DNA of 44,326 nucleotides, taken from the IMG/VR virus record IMGVR_UViG_3300027852_000014, positions 1 through 44,326 of that record; one strand, 5' to 3'. This DNA is from a virus. The position numbers were made by a program, and so were the translations under genes. Within the stretch, counting starts at the first letter, position 1. Each line of letters starts with the position of its first letter. This document shows positions 1 through 6,851 of this stretch, in pieces. A model generated the notes under the pieces. The model made no database searches, was not told the DNA's origin, and saw nothing but the letters and a program-made list of their open reading frames with translations.

Positions 1-127
1 TACTTATCCTACGTTGTATTGTAAATTTATTAACAGTGATAGAATCACAGTTAGTTACTCTGCTTCAGATAGAACAGCAACAAGTTCTTTGAACGGAAAT
101 GGCGCGGCTTCTATTATCCATCATCAA
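1..127. repeat. Terminal direct repeat copy 1 (identical to 44200..44326); overlap of a circular contig
   Basis: Read directly: the first 127 nt recur verbatim as the last 127 nt. 127 is a common maximal assembler k-mer. Confidence 0.95.
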
Positions 128-1978
128 GGGTCAACAGGACTTAAACAGTTTTCAAATTACACTCCATCTAATATAGGTGGGTACATAAGAGTAAATTCTA
201 TTGGCGCGGTAAATGAAGAGTTTGAAATAACACGTGCATCAGTTGATCCTGGGCTGGGAAATGATGAGAAGTTGGCTACAAATACGCCTGCACAACATGT
301 CCCGCAAGAAGAGTCTGTTTTTGCTGTAACTATTGACGGCGAGCACAATATCTTAGATAACGGAGAACCAACAGATCTTCCTGTAAACTTAAACATAAAC
401 AAAGATTACAGTGGAAAATGGAATGGTGAACGTTCATATGTGACAAAGTTCACAACGAGCAAAGTATTTAATGCTGTTTTATTCGGACCCGCTGCACCAG
501 CTGGATTAACTGCGCATGATCGCGCTGGGACACTGCTATGGTCTAAAAATTGCTCAGATCTTCAAACAGCAGCAGGGTCGCCAGATGTTCAAAGAATAGA
601 AGATATGGTCGCTGATGAAACGCATGTTTACATAATGACTTCTAGGGTAACACAATCAGATGATTTTACTGTATTTCAAATCGATCATACAGGAACCATA
701 TTAAAATTCTACACTAAATCAGGCCTATCAAGTAAAGGGGATCGACTTAGAACGGATGGACAAAATGCATATGTGACTCAAAAAAATCAGTCATTTACTA
801 GTATGTTTATGTATCGCTATGATTTTTCGACTGACACTGCTTATGATGTAGATTTAACTGATATGGAGTTTGCATGGATCACTCCAACTGGCTCAGATGC
901 AAATGCATATTCAGGTACTTATTTTGAGATATCAGATAACGGAACAGATTACTATGTTTGGGTAAACGTGGATGGTGGAAGTGTGGACCCTGCTCCTGGT
1001 GGAAAGACTGCCGTTCAAGTAGATATTAACTCAACAGACGATCAAAAACAAATTTCATTTAAGATTGCCCAAAAACTACGGGGAGTTACTGGCGGGAATG
1101 CATTTGCTGCAGAACATAGAGGATATCTTATTTTTATATACAGAATAAGACCTGTGAATTCTGTATGGACGATTGGAACCTTTCCAGGAAACATAACCGG
1201 CACGAACACTGTCGAAGCTGTACAAAATTTTGGATTTTCCAGCAATAATAGACTGACAATTGTTTTCGAGAGAGGAATGTACATAGAATACAATAAAGCG
1301 GGAACTGTAGGCAATGAATACGCGCAATCAACTGGACGAACAAAGTCGCTCGTTGGCAATGGTGCTGATATTGTTCTTGCAAACGATTCTTCTTATCTGG
1401 ATAATCCAACTGGGTTTAATGAGCTTAGAAACACGTTTATAGGAAAGTCTTTTTGGATAAGATATTATGTGCGATACAATGAAAAGACATATTCAATCAA
1501 ATCACAGGCTGGCGGTCTTGGTGACCTTAAGATAGGAAGCTTTGATTTAGAGCCTTATTGGGATGGGTCTAATTATGTATTTTCGACTGCGTCCGATAAT
1601 TCAGGATTATTTATTTCGGAAAACAAGCTTTCGGAGGCACAGTCTGGTGGAGTAGTTTACGATATTGAAGACGGAGATGTATTTATGTTGACTCCTTGGA
1701 ATGTCTATGTAAATGAGACTCTGGACGAGGCTTATCTTGATATTGGAGACAGGTATTTAATTGTCCACTCAGATAAGCGTCCAAAGCTATTCATGTCACC
1801 AGATGGCGGAGAAACTATAAGAACGCCATTTGAAGTCCAGGAAGGGGATCAACTATACATTATCCCTGAAAAGTTTGGCAGTGACCTAAGTGGGGCAGAA
1901 AAGATTTCATTTAGATATTTACAAGATCAGACCGTGCCAAATGTTGGTTCAGGATCTGGCTCAGGATCAGGGAGTTAA
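1..1978 (+). CDS. Tail fibre / receptor-binding protein, C-terminal part of a gene that starts at 43631 and crosses the circular junction (about 848 aa in total)
   Basis: Open frame from base 2 to TAA 1976-1978. It is in phase with the stop-less ORF 43631..44326 through the 127-nt overlap. It is the last gene of the tail module and ends in (GS)5. Confidence 0.85.
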   Translation, partial: TYPTLYCKFINSDRITVSYSASDRTATSSLNGNGAASIIHHQGSTGLKQFSNYTPSNIGGYIRVNSIGAVNEEFEITRASVDPGLGNDEKLATNTPAQHVPQEESVFAVTIDGEHNILDNGEPTDLPVNLNINKDYSGKWNGERSYVTKFTTSKVFNAVLFGPAAPAGLTAHDRAGTLLWSKNCSDLQTAAGSPDVQRIEDMVADETHVYIMTSRVTQSDDFTVFQIDHTGTILKFYTKSGLSSKGDRLRTDGQNAYVTQKNQSFTSMFMYRYDFSTDTAYDVDLTDMEFAWITPTGSDANAYSGTYFEISDNGTDYYVWVNVDGGSVDPAPGGKTAVQVDINSTDDQKQISFKIAQKLRGVTGGNAFAAEHRGYLIFIYRIRPVNSVWTIGTFPGNITGTNTVEAVQNFGFSSNNRLTIVFERGMYIEYNKAGTVGNEYAQSTGRTKSLVGNGADIVLANDSSYLDNPTGFNELRNTFIGKSFWIRYYVRYNEKTYSIKSQAGGLGDLKIGSFDLEPYWDGSNYVFSTASDNSGLFISENKLSEAQSGGVVYDIEDGDVFMLTPWNVYVNETLDEAYLDIGDRYLIVHSDKRPKLFMSPDGGETIRTPFEVQEGDQLYIIPEKFGSDLSGAEKISFRYLQDQTVPNVGSGSGSGSGS

Positions 1979-1980
1979 GA

Positions 1981-2904
1981 ATGATTAAAACAGCAGTATT
2001 TAGTTTGTGGACAAAGCCACAACAAACAGCAGCAGAATTTGACAATCACATTCCAACGTCAGGTTATCCTGACCTGGAGTGCTTGCTTAACTCTGCGGCG
2101 CTATCCGTTCGTCAGGCTCGCAAGCATTTTGATGAGGTTCGTTTTTACACAGACAATGCTGGGAAGGCGATGTTATGTGATGAGTGTGGGATCTTTAAGG
2201 AAGAAGAAGTCACTACACTTTTTGAAACGTATGAAGACTTCATGCCTATGATGGATATTCACAAAGATCTTTGGAGTTATGGGAAGCTCGCTGTGTACTC
2301 ACAGATGGAAGTACCTTTTGCCCACATTGATCTTGACGCTTATTTGTTTGCGCCGTTACGTCCTAAGGCAGACAGTGCTCGCATTATTGCTCAGGGATTA
2401 GAGAGTGCCGACTGGAGGCTTTACAACACGTCACGCGCATACTTTAAGGAGAATGATTTCATTCTTCCAGCAGAGTACCACCGTTATGAAGCAAACGTAC
2501 GCGAAAAAATCGCTTACAATTGCGGTATATTTGGTGGGAATGATTTAGAACTGATTAAAGAGCTTGCAGACGGAGCGTTAAAAGTATTCCGTGACAATTA
2601 CGACAAGATCATTTTACAGGATCCTTCTATGATGTCGGACTTCAACGTTTCTATTGAGCAGTATATACCAACAACTGTTTTACATAGCAAGGGTATTCGT
2701 CCTGAACTAATCATGAAGAATAACTATGATCCGCGTGAATGGAAAAATAAATGCTTTGGATGGCTGCACTTCTTTGGGGAAGCTAAATTTAAACGGAGCA
2801 ATAACAACGCAATTCGCAATGCTTTGCGGTCACGTCCGTTTTCTAAGTTCGCAAACGAGCCAGTTGTTCAAGATTGGGTGGCTATGATTGATAGGCTCGC
2901 ATAA
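1981..2904 (+). CDS. DxD-motif glycosyltransferase-like protein (recalls the DUF6734-type family)
   Basis: 307-aa ORF with SD GGGAG and an ATG 2 nt after the fibre stop. Motifs: FSLWTKP, VRFYTDNAG, PFAHIDLDAYLF (hydrophobic run + DxD). Confidence 0.55.
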   Translation: MIKTAVFSLWTKPQQTAAEFDNHIPTSGYPDLECLLNSAALSVRQARKHFDEVRFYTDNAGKAMLCDECGIFKEEEVTTLFETYEDFMPMMDIHKDLWSYGKLAVYSQMEVPFAHIDLDAYLFAPLRPKADSARIIAQGLESADWRLYNTSRAYFKENDFILPAEYHRYEANVREKIAYNCGIFGGNDLELIKELADGALKVFRDNYDKIILQDPSMMSDFNVSIEQYIPTTVLHSKGIRPELIMKNNYDPREWKNKCFGWLHFFGEAKFKRSNNNAIRNALRSRPFSKFANEPVVQDWVAMIDRLA

Positions 2905-2906
2905 GG

Positions 2907-3542
2907 ATGAATACAGTTTTTAACATTTTTAAAAAGGTGGGCTTCGATTTTATATTGAAGCTCGTCCTGTTTATAAGATCTGCCGTCATTCATAAGCAAG
3001 ATGTTAGGATGCTTAAGGATCATCGGTTCTGGTCGTTTATGAGGCAGGAGAGAAAAGAGGACATCCCGTCATGGATCATTGAGGATAAAGGGAGAAAGGA
3101 TTTGGCTGACACATTCTTTCCTATTAAGGTCGTTATATTTGAGGATGCAATGAAGGATGTTGTTCGTCGATTTGAATATTCAAAAGTAATTGAATTCCAT
3201 CCTAATAAAATACGTGATCTGTGCGCAATATATGATAAGCGAGCTATAGATGAATTCGATAAGAAATTTTCTTTTCTACGTGAAAGAAACAACTCAATGC
3301 GCATATTTGTTGAGAAGTTTGGGGAGCTGCATAGGCCTGCCATTGAAAAGACAGTTGTTCGCTTTGAGAGCATTTTTGAAATGGAGCATCTTTCAAAGGC
3401 AGATCAAATCTACATGATGTTAGAGACGTTATACTGGGCATTCAAATTCAGCATGCCTTCGGTGAAGAGTGCAATGGATACTTTAAACGGAACGTTAAGC
3501 GCTGAATTAGACAAAATATATGGAGAGAGGGATGCCAAGTAA
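2907..3542 (+). CDS. Hypothetical protein (accessory; hydrophobic N-terminus)
   Basis: 211-aa ORF starting 2 nt after the previous stop. No motif recognised. Confidence 0.65.
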   Translation: MNTVFNIFKKVGFDFILKLVLFIRSAVIHKQDVRMLKDHRFWSFMRQERKEDIPSWIIEDKGRKDLADTFFPIKVVIFEDAMKDVVRRFEYSKVIEFHPNKIRDLCAIYDKRAIDEFDKKFSFLRERNNSMRIFVEKFGELHRPAIEKTVVRFESIFEMEHLSKADQIYMMLETLYWAFKFSMPSVKSAMDTLNGTLSAELDKIYGERDAK

Positions 3543-3675
3543 AACAGATACGTACATAATAAACAGCCTTAAGATATTCAATAAAGGTTGGCGCGCAAAG
3601 TGGATTGTGTATCTTTCTGTGGCCACAATGATTTTCTTTATAGCATTCTTTGCTATGGTGTTATTCTGGCACAAC

Positions 3676-3704
3676 TTGACAAGTGTTTAAATAGACATTA
3701 TAGT
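3676..3704 (+). promoter_or_regulatory. Sigma70-type promoter TTGACA-17 nt-TATAGT
   Basis: -35 at 3676-3681, exact 17-nt spacer, -10 at 3699-3704. Predicted TSS is about 3711. Confidence 0.7.
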
Positions 3705-3710
3705 AAGTAT

Positions 3711-3868
3711 GTGGATGTGGCGGAAGCTAGGGCAGGTGCACCTTATATTCTACAGACAGGATCTGGCGTAAGGGGAGACCCCGACTAGGGTGAGATGGTC
3801 TATTTATGCAAGAATGTATTTAGGTCGATGAAACCAAGACAAGTAAAAGCACCCCATCCACACCTTTT
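3711..3868 (+). ncRNA. Candidate structured RNA B (stand-alone sRNA or leader of the lysis genes)
   Basis: Starts at the predicted TSS. The 5' arm TGTGGATG (3710-3717) pairs with CATCCACA (3855-3862) and is followed by CCTTTT. Internal helices and locally high GC are visible, with no credible ORF. Shares boxes with 10998..11119. Confidence 0.5.
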
Positions 3869-3889
3869 AACACATAACAGAGTTTCTGT

Positions 3890-4591
3890 TTGAAAGTTTT
3901 AACTATGTGCATTTTCTGCACTATCTTAATGGGGAATGCAATGACTAATATTACTGGGTTTTCCTACGCGATGTCTTTTATAAAAGAGGCCGAAGGCGAA
4001 TATGTAAATCATCCTAACGACAAAGGTGGTGAGACATGGGGTGGAATTGCCCGCAACATGCATCCTAAGTGGAAAGGATGGGAAGCCGTAGACCTTGCAA
4101 AAGAAAAGAACAAAACTAAATCAAGTTTAAACAAGTCCCTAAGATCTAATAAGATGCTGAAAGTAATGAAGCTTGAATTTTATGAAAAAGAATTTTGGGA
4201 TGAAATAGACGCGCTTCCTTTTAATTATAAAATAAAAGTATTTCTATTTGACTACGCCATCAATAGCGGGCACGAGAATGCGTATAAGGCTCTTCAGCGC
4301 GCGTTAGGCGTAAAGGCTGATGGAATTATAGGCAGCCGTACTATCGGTGCGTACAAAGACCAATATAAGCCCTCTTTACTGTATTCTCTTAAGCAAAAGA
4401 GGGATCAGTTTTACAATGATATTGTGAAAAGCAATCCTTCGCAGGGAGTATTTCTAGATGGATGGCTGAATAGGTCTGACAGCGCTTTATGTTTTGGCAT
4501 GGATTGCGGTATAGAGATTGCAAAGAAAGACACTATACTGAAAAAGGCTTTAGAGCTTGCCGTTTTAATTATTAATAAATTCAAGTCTTGA
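3890..4591 (+). CDS. Endolysin: GH108-type lysozyme domain plus PG_binding_3-like domain
   Basis: EAEGEYVNHPNDKGGETWGGI matches the GH108 EGGY..D..D.GG.T..GI signature. FDYAINSGHENAYKALQRALGVKADGIIGSRT matches the PG-binding repeat. Start is ambiguous (TTG 3890, ATG 3905, 3929 or 3941). Confidence 0.85.
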   Translation: MKVLTMCIFCTILMGNAMTNITGFSYAMSFIKEAEGEYVNHPNDKGGETWGGIARNMHPKWKGWEAVDLAKEKNKTKSSLNKSLRSNKMLKVMKLEFYEKEFWDEIDALPFNYKIKVFLFDYAINSGHENAYKALQRALGVKADGIIGSRTIGAYKDQYKPSLLYSLKQKRDQFYNDIVKSNPSQGVFLDGWLNRSDSALCFGMDCGIEIAKKDTILKKALELAVLIINKFKS

Positions 4592-4616
4592 CAAGGAAGA
4601 CTCAAAGAAATACTAT
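4588..4616 (+). promoter_or_regulatory. Candidate promoter TTGACA-17-TACTAT overlapping the endolysin stop
   Basis: -35 at 4588-4593 within the conserved GTCTTGACAAG; -10 at 4611-4616. Confidence 0.5.
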
Positions 4617-4675
4617 CAAAGTGTTATATACTATGATTTGTTGGAATTTCTAAACTCCCTTATCAGGTTATGGAG

Positions 4676-4700
4676 CCCTCTGTTCTAGCAGAGGGTTTTT
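4676..4700 (+). terminator. Rho-independent terminator
   Basis: CCCTCTG (4676-4682) / CAGAGGG (4689-4695), loop TTCTAG, then TTTTT. Confidence 0.8.
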
Positions 4701-4756
4701 ATTGCATACAAAACTCCAACAATACAAATATAATATGTCACATAAGCTAGTATGTC

Positions 4757-4786
4757 TTGACAAGTTGATTAATTATGTTGCATAAT
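4757..4786 (+). promoter_or_regulatory. Promoter TTGACA-18-CATAAT
   Basis: -35 at 4757-4762 within GTCTTGACAAG (an 11-nt copy of 4585-4595); -10 at 4781-4786. Confidence 0.6.
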
Positions 4787-4810
4787 ATATATGCAAGATC
4801 CCGACGGTAA

Positions 4811-4836
4811 AGCCCTTCTTAATTGAGGGGCTTTTT
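4811..4836 (+). terminator. Rho-independent terminator
   Basis: AGCCC (4811-4815) / GGGCT (4828-4832) followed by a T-run to 4836. Confidence 0.6.
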
Positions 4837-4845
4837 CATACATGA

Positions 4846-4874
4846 TTGACAGTGCATTCATCATTTGTTATAAT
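4846..4874 (+). promoter_or_regulatory. Consensus promoter TTGACA-17-TATAAT for the holin operon
   Basis: -35 at 4846-4851, -10 at 4869-4874. Followed by SD AGGAG (4893-4897) and ATG 4904. Confidence 0.8.
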
Positions 4875-4903
4875 AAACGTCTAATCCAAAACAGGAGTTT
4901 ATT

Positions 4904-5131
4904 ATGGGAGTTATTACATTAATCTTATCAATCGTTAAACTATTACCAATCGTTGCTATTAATTTTATCGCATGGTTAATCTATGGATGCGAAATGGTTT
5001 TATTGCCAATCGCACAAATCACGCCAACAGTAAAAGACAATGCATGGATCGCTAAGATTGTTGCATGGTTAGGCGGATTACGTTCATATGTGAACATCTT
5101 TTCTGAATGGATTAAGAAACTTGGACTGTAA
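4904..5131 (+). CDS. Putative holin (small multi-TM membrane protein)
   Basis: 75 aa with hydrophobic segments VITLILSIVKLLPIVAINFIAWLIYG and AWIAKIVAWLGGL. Strong SD. Adjacent to the endolysin. Confidence 0.6.
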   Translation: MGVITLILSIVKLLPIVAINFIAWLIYGCEMVLLPIAQITPTVKDNAWIAKIVAWLGGLRSYVNIFSEWIKKLGL

Positions 5132-5198
5132 GTGGAAAAGCTAACATCGCTTTTAAAGACTATCGGGTATCCTTTGCTTTATGTGAAGGGTCTCCTAG

Positions 5199-5429
5199 AT
5201 GGTAAGCGTTCAGCGGAGAAAAAGATTGAAAAAAAGAATTCTAAGCTTATTAATGCTGTTAAGTATTGGCGGATGCGTAAGTAATTATCCAGTTGATCTT
5301 TCGGAGGTTATACGCATATGTGATGGGGATTCAGAGTGCTACGAATACCTTGATCGGTATAATACGTGCTTAGAAGAAACATCTTTAATAGCTTCCCTAT
5401 GGACTGATTGTAAGAAAGAGGCCCTTTAA
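5199..5429 (+). CDS. Cys-rich lipoprotein (possible o-spanin-like or exclusion lipoprotein)
   Basis: Basic n-region, h-region ILSLLMLLSI and lipobox IGG-C. The mature part of about 51 aa has 5 further Cys. Confidence 0.6.
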   Translation: MVSVQRRKRLKKRILSLLMLLSIGGCVSNYPVDLSEVIRICDGDSECYEYLDRYNTCLEETSLIASLWTDCKKEAL

Positions 5430-5444
5430 CAGGCCTCTCTTTTC
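5417..5444. terminator. Bidirectional terminator between the convergent arms
   Basis: AGAGGCC (5417-5423) / GGCCTCT (5432-5438) with a T-rich tail. Lies between plus gene end 5429 and minus gene end 5445. Confidence 0.75.
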
Positions 5445-5663
5445 TTAACGTTCATTCTTCATTGCTTCTTTATCTGCTTGCATTGCACTGTATACATTCC
5501 AAGCTTCATCGCTATCTGTGTACACATCTTTTGAGTCTACAAACAGTGTGAATTTAGAATTCACTTGAATTGCAGAAATTCCGTTTTGTTCGTGTTTAAT
5601 TAATTTTCCGGAGTACAATTCGTCTCCATTAATTGCATAAACAATGTTTTTAGGCTTTGACAT
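5445..5663 (-). CDS. Hypothetical protein
   Basis: 72-aa ORF, last gene of the minus arm. No obvious SD. Confidence 0.55.
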   Translation of the reverse strand: MSKPKNIVYAINGDELYSGKLIKHEQNGISAIQVNSKFTLFVDSKDVYTDSDEAWNVYSAMQADKEAMKNER

Positions 5664-5681
5664 AATAATAGTTTTAAATGG

Positions 5682-5849
5682 TTAATTAATCATTTTTTTA
5701 GCTCTTTCTTCTGAGAAATGTATCTCTGACGGCGACACTATTACTGTATGAGTTGAAGATACCCTCACGTGTACGCAGTTAAACTTTGTTTCTGTTACTC
5801 TGCCAGAGTAAATCTCATTCAAAATCACTATAAATACTTGATTACACAT
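5682..5849 (-). CDS. Hypothetical small protein (55 aa)
   Basis: ORF below the track cut-off, translated by hand (MCNQVFIVILNEIYSG...). No SD. Confidence 0.3.
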   Translation of the reverse strand: MCNQVFIVILNEIYSGRVTETKFNCVHVRVSSTHTVIVSPSEIHFSEERAKKMIN

Positions 5850-5883
5850 AATGTAAAAATTTAAGTTTAATAATAAGTAATTC

Positions 5884-6060
5884 TTATTTAGCTATCTTAA
5901 CAACTCTGTTTAAGTATTGTGTTGTTGAAGCGTAACGTATTCTTGATATGGTTCCTTTTTTAGATATTCGGTAGATCTCCCCATCCTTATTCTTAGCGAA
6001 TCTTGATCCACCGTATGTAAAGAGTGTTTTGTTTGGAACTGTTTCAAATGTGTACTGCAT
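5884..6060 (-). CDS. Hypothetical small protein (58 aa)
   Basis: Hand-translated (MQYTFETVPNKTLFTYGG...). Its ATG overlaps the upstream stop (TAATG). Confidence 0.45.
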   Translation of the reverse strand: MQYTFETVPNKTLFTYGGSRFAKNKDGEIYRISKKGTISRIRYASTTQYLNRVVKIAK

Positions 6061-6224
6061 TATCTTTCTCTTTCTGTATGCATTGCTATTAATGCTTTTT
6101 GATTACGTATATCAGTGCGTCTTTTCATTTCGTCCCATGCAGCCATGTATGTTTCAGGATCTATATCTGGATCTGTCTCGTCTTCTATTGCACACAATTC
6201 TTCCCATGTCAGATCCTCATACAT
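6060..6224 (-). CDS. Hypothetical small acidic protein (54 aa)
   Basis: Hand-translated (MYEDLTWEELCAIEDETDPD...). Strong SD AAAGGGAG. Confidence 0.5.
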   Translation of the reverse strand: MYEDLTWEELCAIEDETDPDIDPETYMAAWDEMKRRTDIRNQKALIAMHTERER

Positions 6225-6225
6225 T

Positions 6226-6396
6226 TTATCTCCCTTTCATTTTCATATTATCGTGTGCAATATCTATCATAGCAGTCTGCATAATGACTACAAGGAGCCC
6301 TATTAATACAGGGTCTTCTTTTGATACTAGCAATGCAACAGATGTGTACCCAGCGCCGTAAAAACATAGTAGTGCTGTATGTAGCTTTCTAATCAT
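6226..6396 (-). CDS. Small membrane protein (56 aa, 2 hydrophobic segments)
   Basis: Hand-translated (MIRKLHTALLCFYGAGYTSVALLV...). SD AAAGGA. The ATG lies inside the end of the upstream ORF. Confidence 0.5.
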   Translation of the reverse strand: MIRKLHTALLCFYGAGYTSVALLVSKEDPVLIGLLVVIMQTAMIDIAHDNMKMKGR

Positions 6397-6580
6397 TAAT
6401 ATCCTTTAGATCTTCTGTTACTCTTACTAGTACAGGATTCCATTTCCTTATCGCATGCTCAGCCATTGGCAGCACCTTGTCATCCTCATGCAAAACAATA
6501 TTTATAAAATCCATATAGCTTTCGAGCACCTCTTTAAGACATTCAACAGCTGCAATCTTTTCATTATCTTTCATTTCCAA
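6389..6580 (-). CDS. Hypothetical protein
   Basis: 63-aa ORF with SD GGGGAGG upstream. Start is TTG 6580 or ATG 6574. Confidence 0.6.
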   Translation of the reverse strand: MEMKDNEKIAAVECLKEVLESYMDFINIVLHEDDKVLPMAEHAIRKWNPVLVRVTEDLKDIND

Positions 6581-6743
6581 AATGCCTCCCCATTAGTTTT
6601 TGTTGTTCACGGTCCTTGGTTCTTTCCATGTGACTGCCTACGTTTGATGTGTTATGCTTATGGTGTTTTCCATCTTTTTCGATTAGTGCTTCGAACTTTT
6701 TAAGATGATCGGACTTGCGTCTCATTCTGTTGTGTTTGCTCAT
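6564..6743 (-). CDS. Hypothetical basic protein (59 aa)
   Basis: Hand-translated (MSKHNRMRRKSDHLKKFEAL...). SD AGGAG. ATGA overlap with the upstream stop. Confidence 0.5.
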   Translation of the reverse strand: MSKHNRMRRKSDHLKKFEALIEKDGKHHKHNTSNVGSHMERTKDREQQKLMGRHFGNER

Positions 6744-6850
6744 CGCTCTTTCTCCTGCTTAATCAGTTCAGCAATAGCTTTTTCTATAAGCTCCGCCAAT
6801 TCTTTCAATACTTCTATAGGCGTTGTTGTTTTGTCTCCTTCTTTTGGCAT
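6740..6850 (-). CDS. Hypothetical small protein (36 aa; the longer 6949 start would overlap the upstream gene)
   Basis: Internal ATG 6850 lies 1 nt after the upstream stop (6852-6854). The ORF-track version starts at 6949. Confidence 0.4.
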   Translation of the reverse strand: MPKEGDKTTTPIEVLKELAELIEKAIAELIKQEKER

Positions 6851-6851
6851 A

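Noticed and set aside
1-127. A biological direct terminal repeat of the virion DNA
   Set aside because: The repeat length is exactly 127 nt and cuts through the middle of a tail-fibre ORF that reads in phase across it. This is the signature of an assembler overlap on a circular or permuted genome. Read-level terminus analysis would be needed to revive the idea.
3588-3788. 66-aa ORF (TTG start) in the gap before the endolysin
   Set aside because: It spans a near-consensus promoter (3676-3704) and the 5' half of the structured GC-rich element. It has no SD and a non-ATG start. It is better explained as non-coding.
3711-3868. Match of RNA B or RNA A to known classes: TPP riboswitch (CTGGCGTAAGG resembles ...CCAGCGUAGGGA), c-di-GMP-I (ACGCAC...AGGGCA in RNA A), ZTP, ykkC (CUAGGG), an RNase P fragment (AAGCTAGGGCAG), hammerhead (CGATGAAAC), or tRNA
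   Set aside because: Each resemblance is a single short string. The other obligatory conserved elements of those classes are absent or out of order (CUGAGA box in position, GACGCAAAGC plus the tetraloop receptor, CCGCCUGGG, CUGAUGA, T-loop GTTCRA). Only a covariance-model search can settle this.
5132-5284. i-spanin overlapping the lipoprotein gene (an Rz/Rz1-like embedded pair)
   Set aside because: The GTG-start ORF is only 50 aa, lacks a convincing TM segment and periplasmic coiled coil, and has a weak RBS. It is not reported as a gene.
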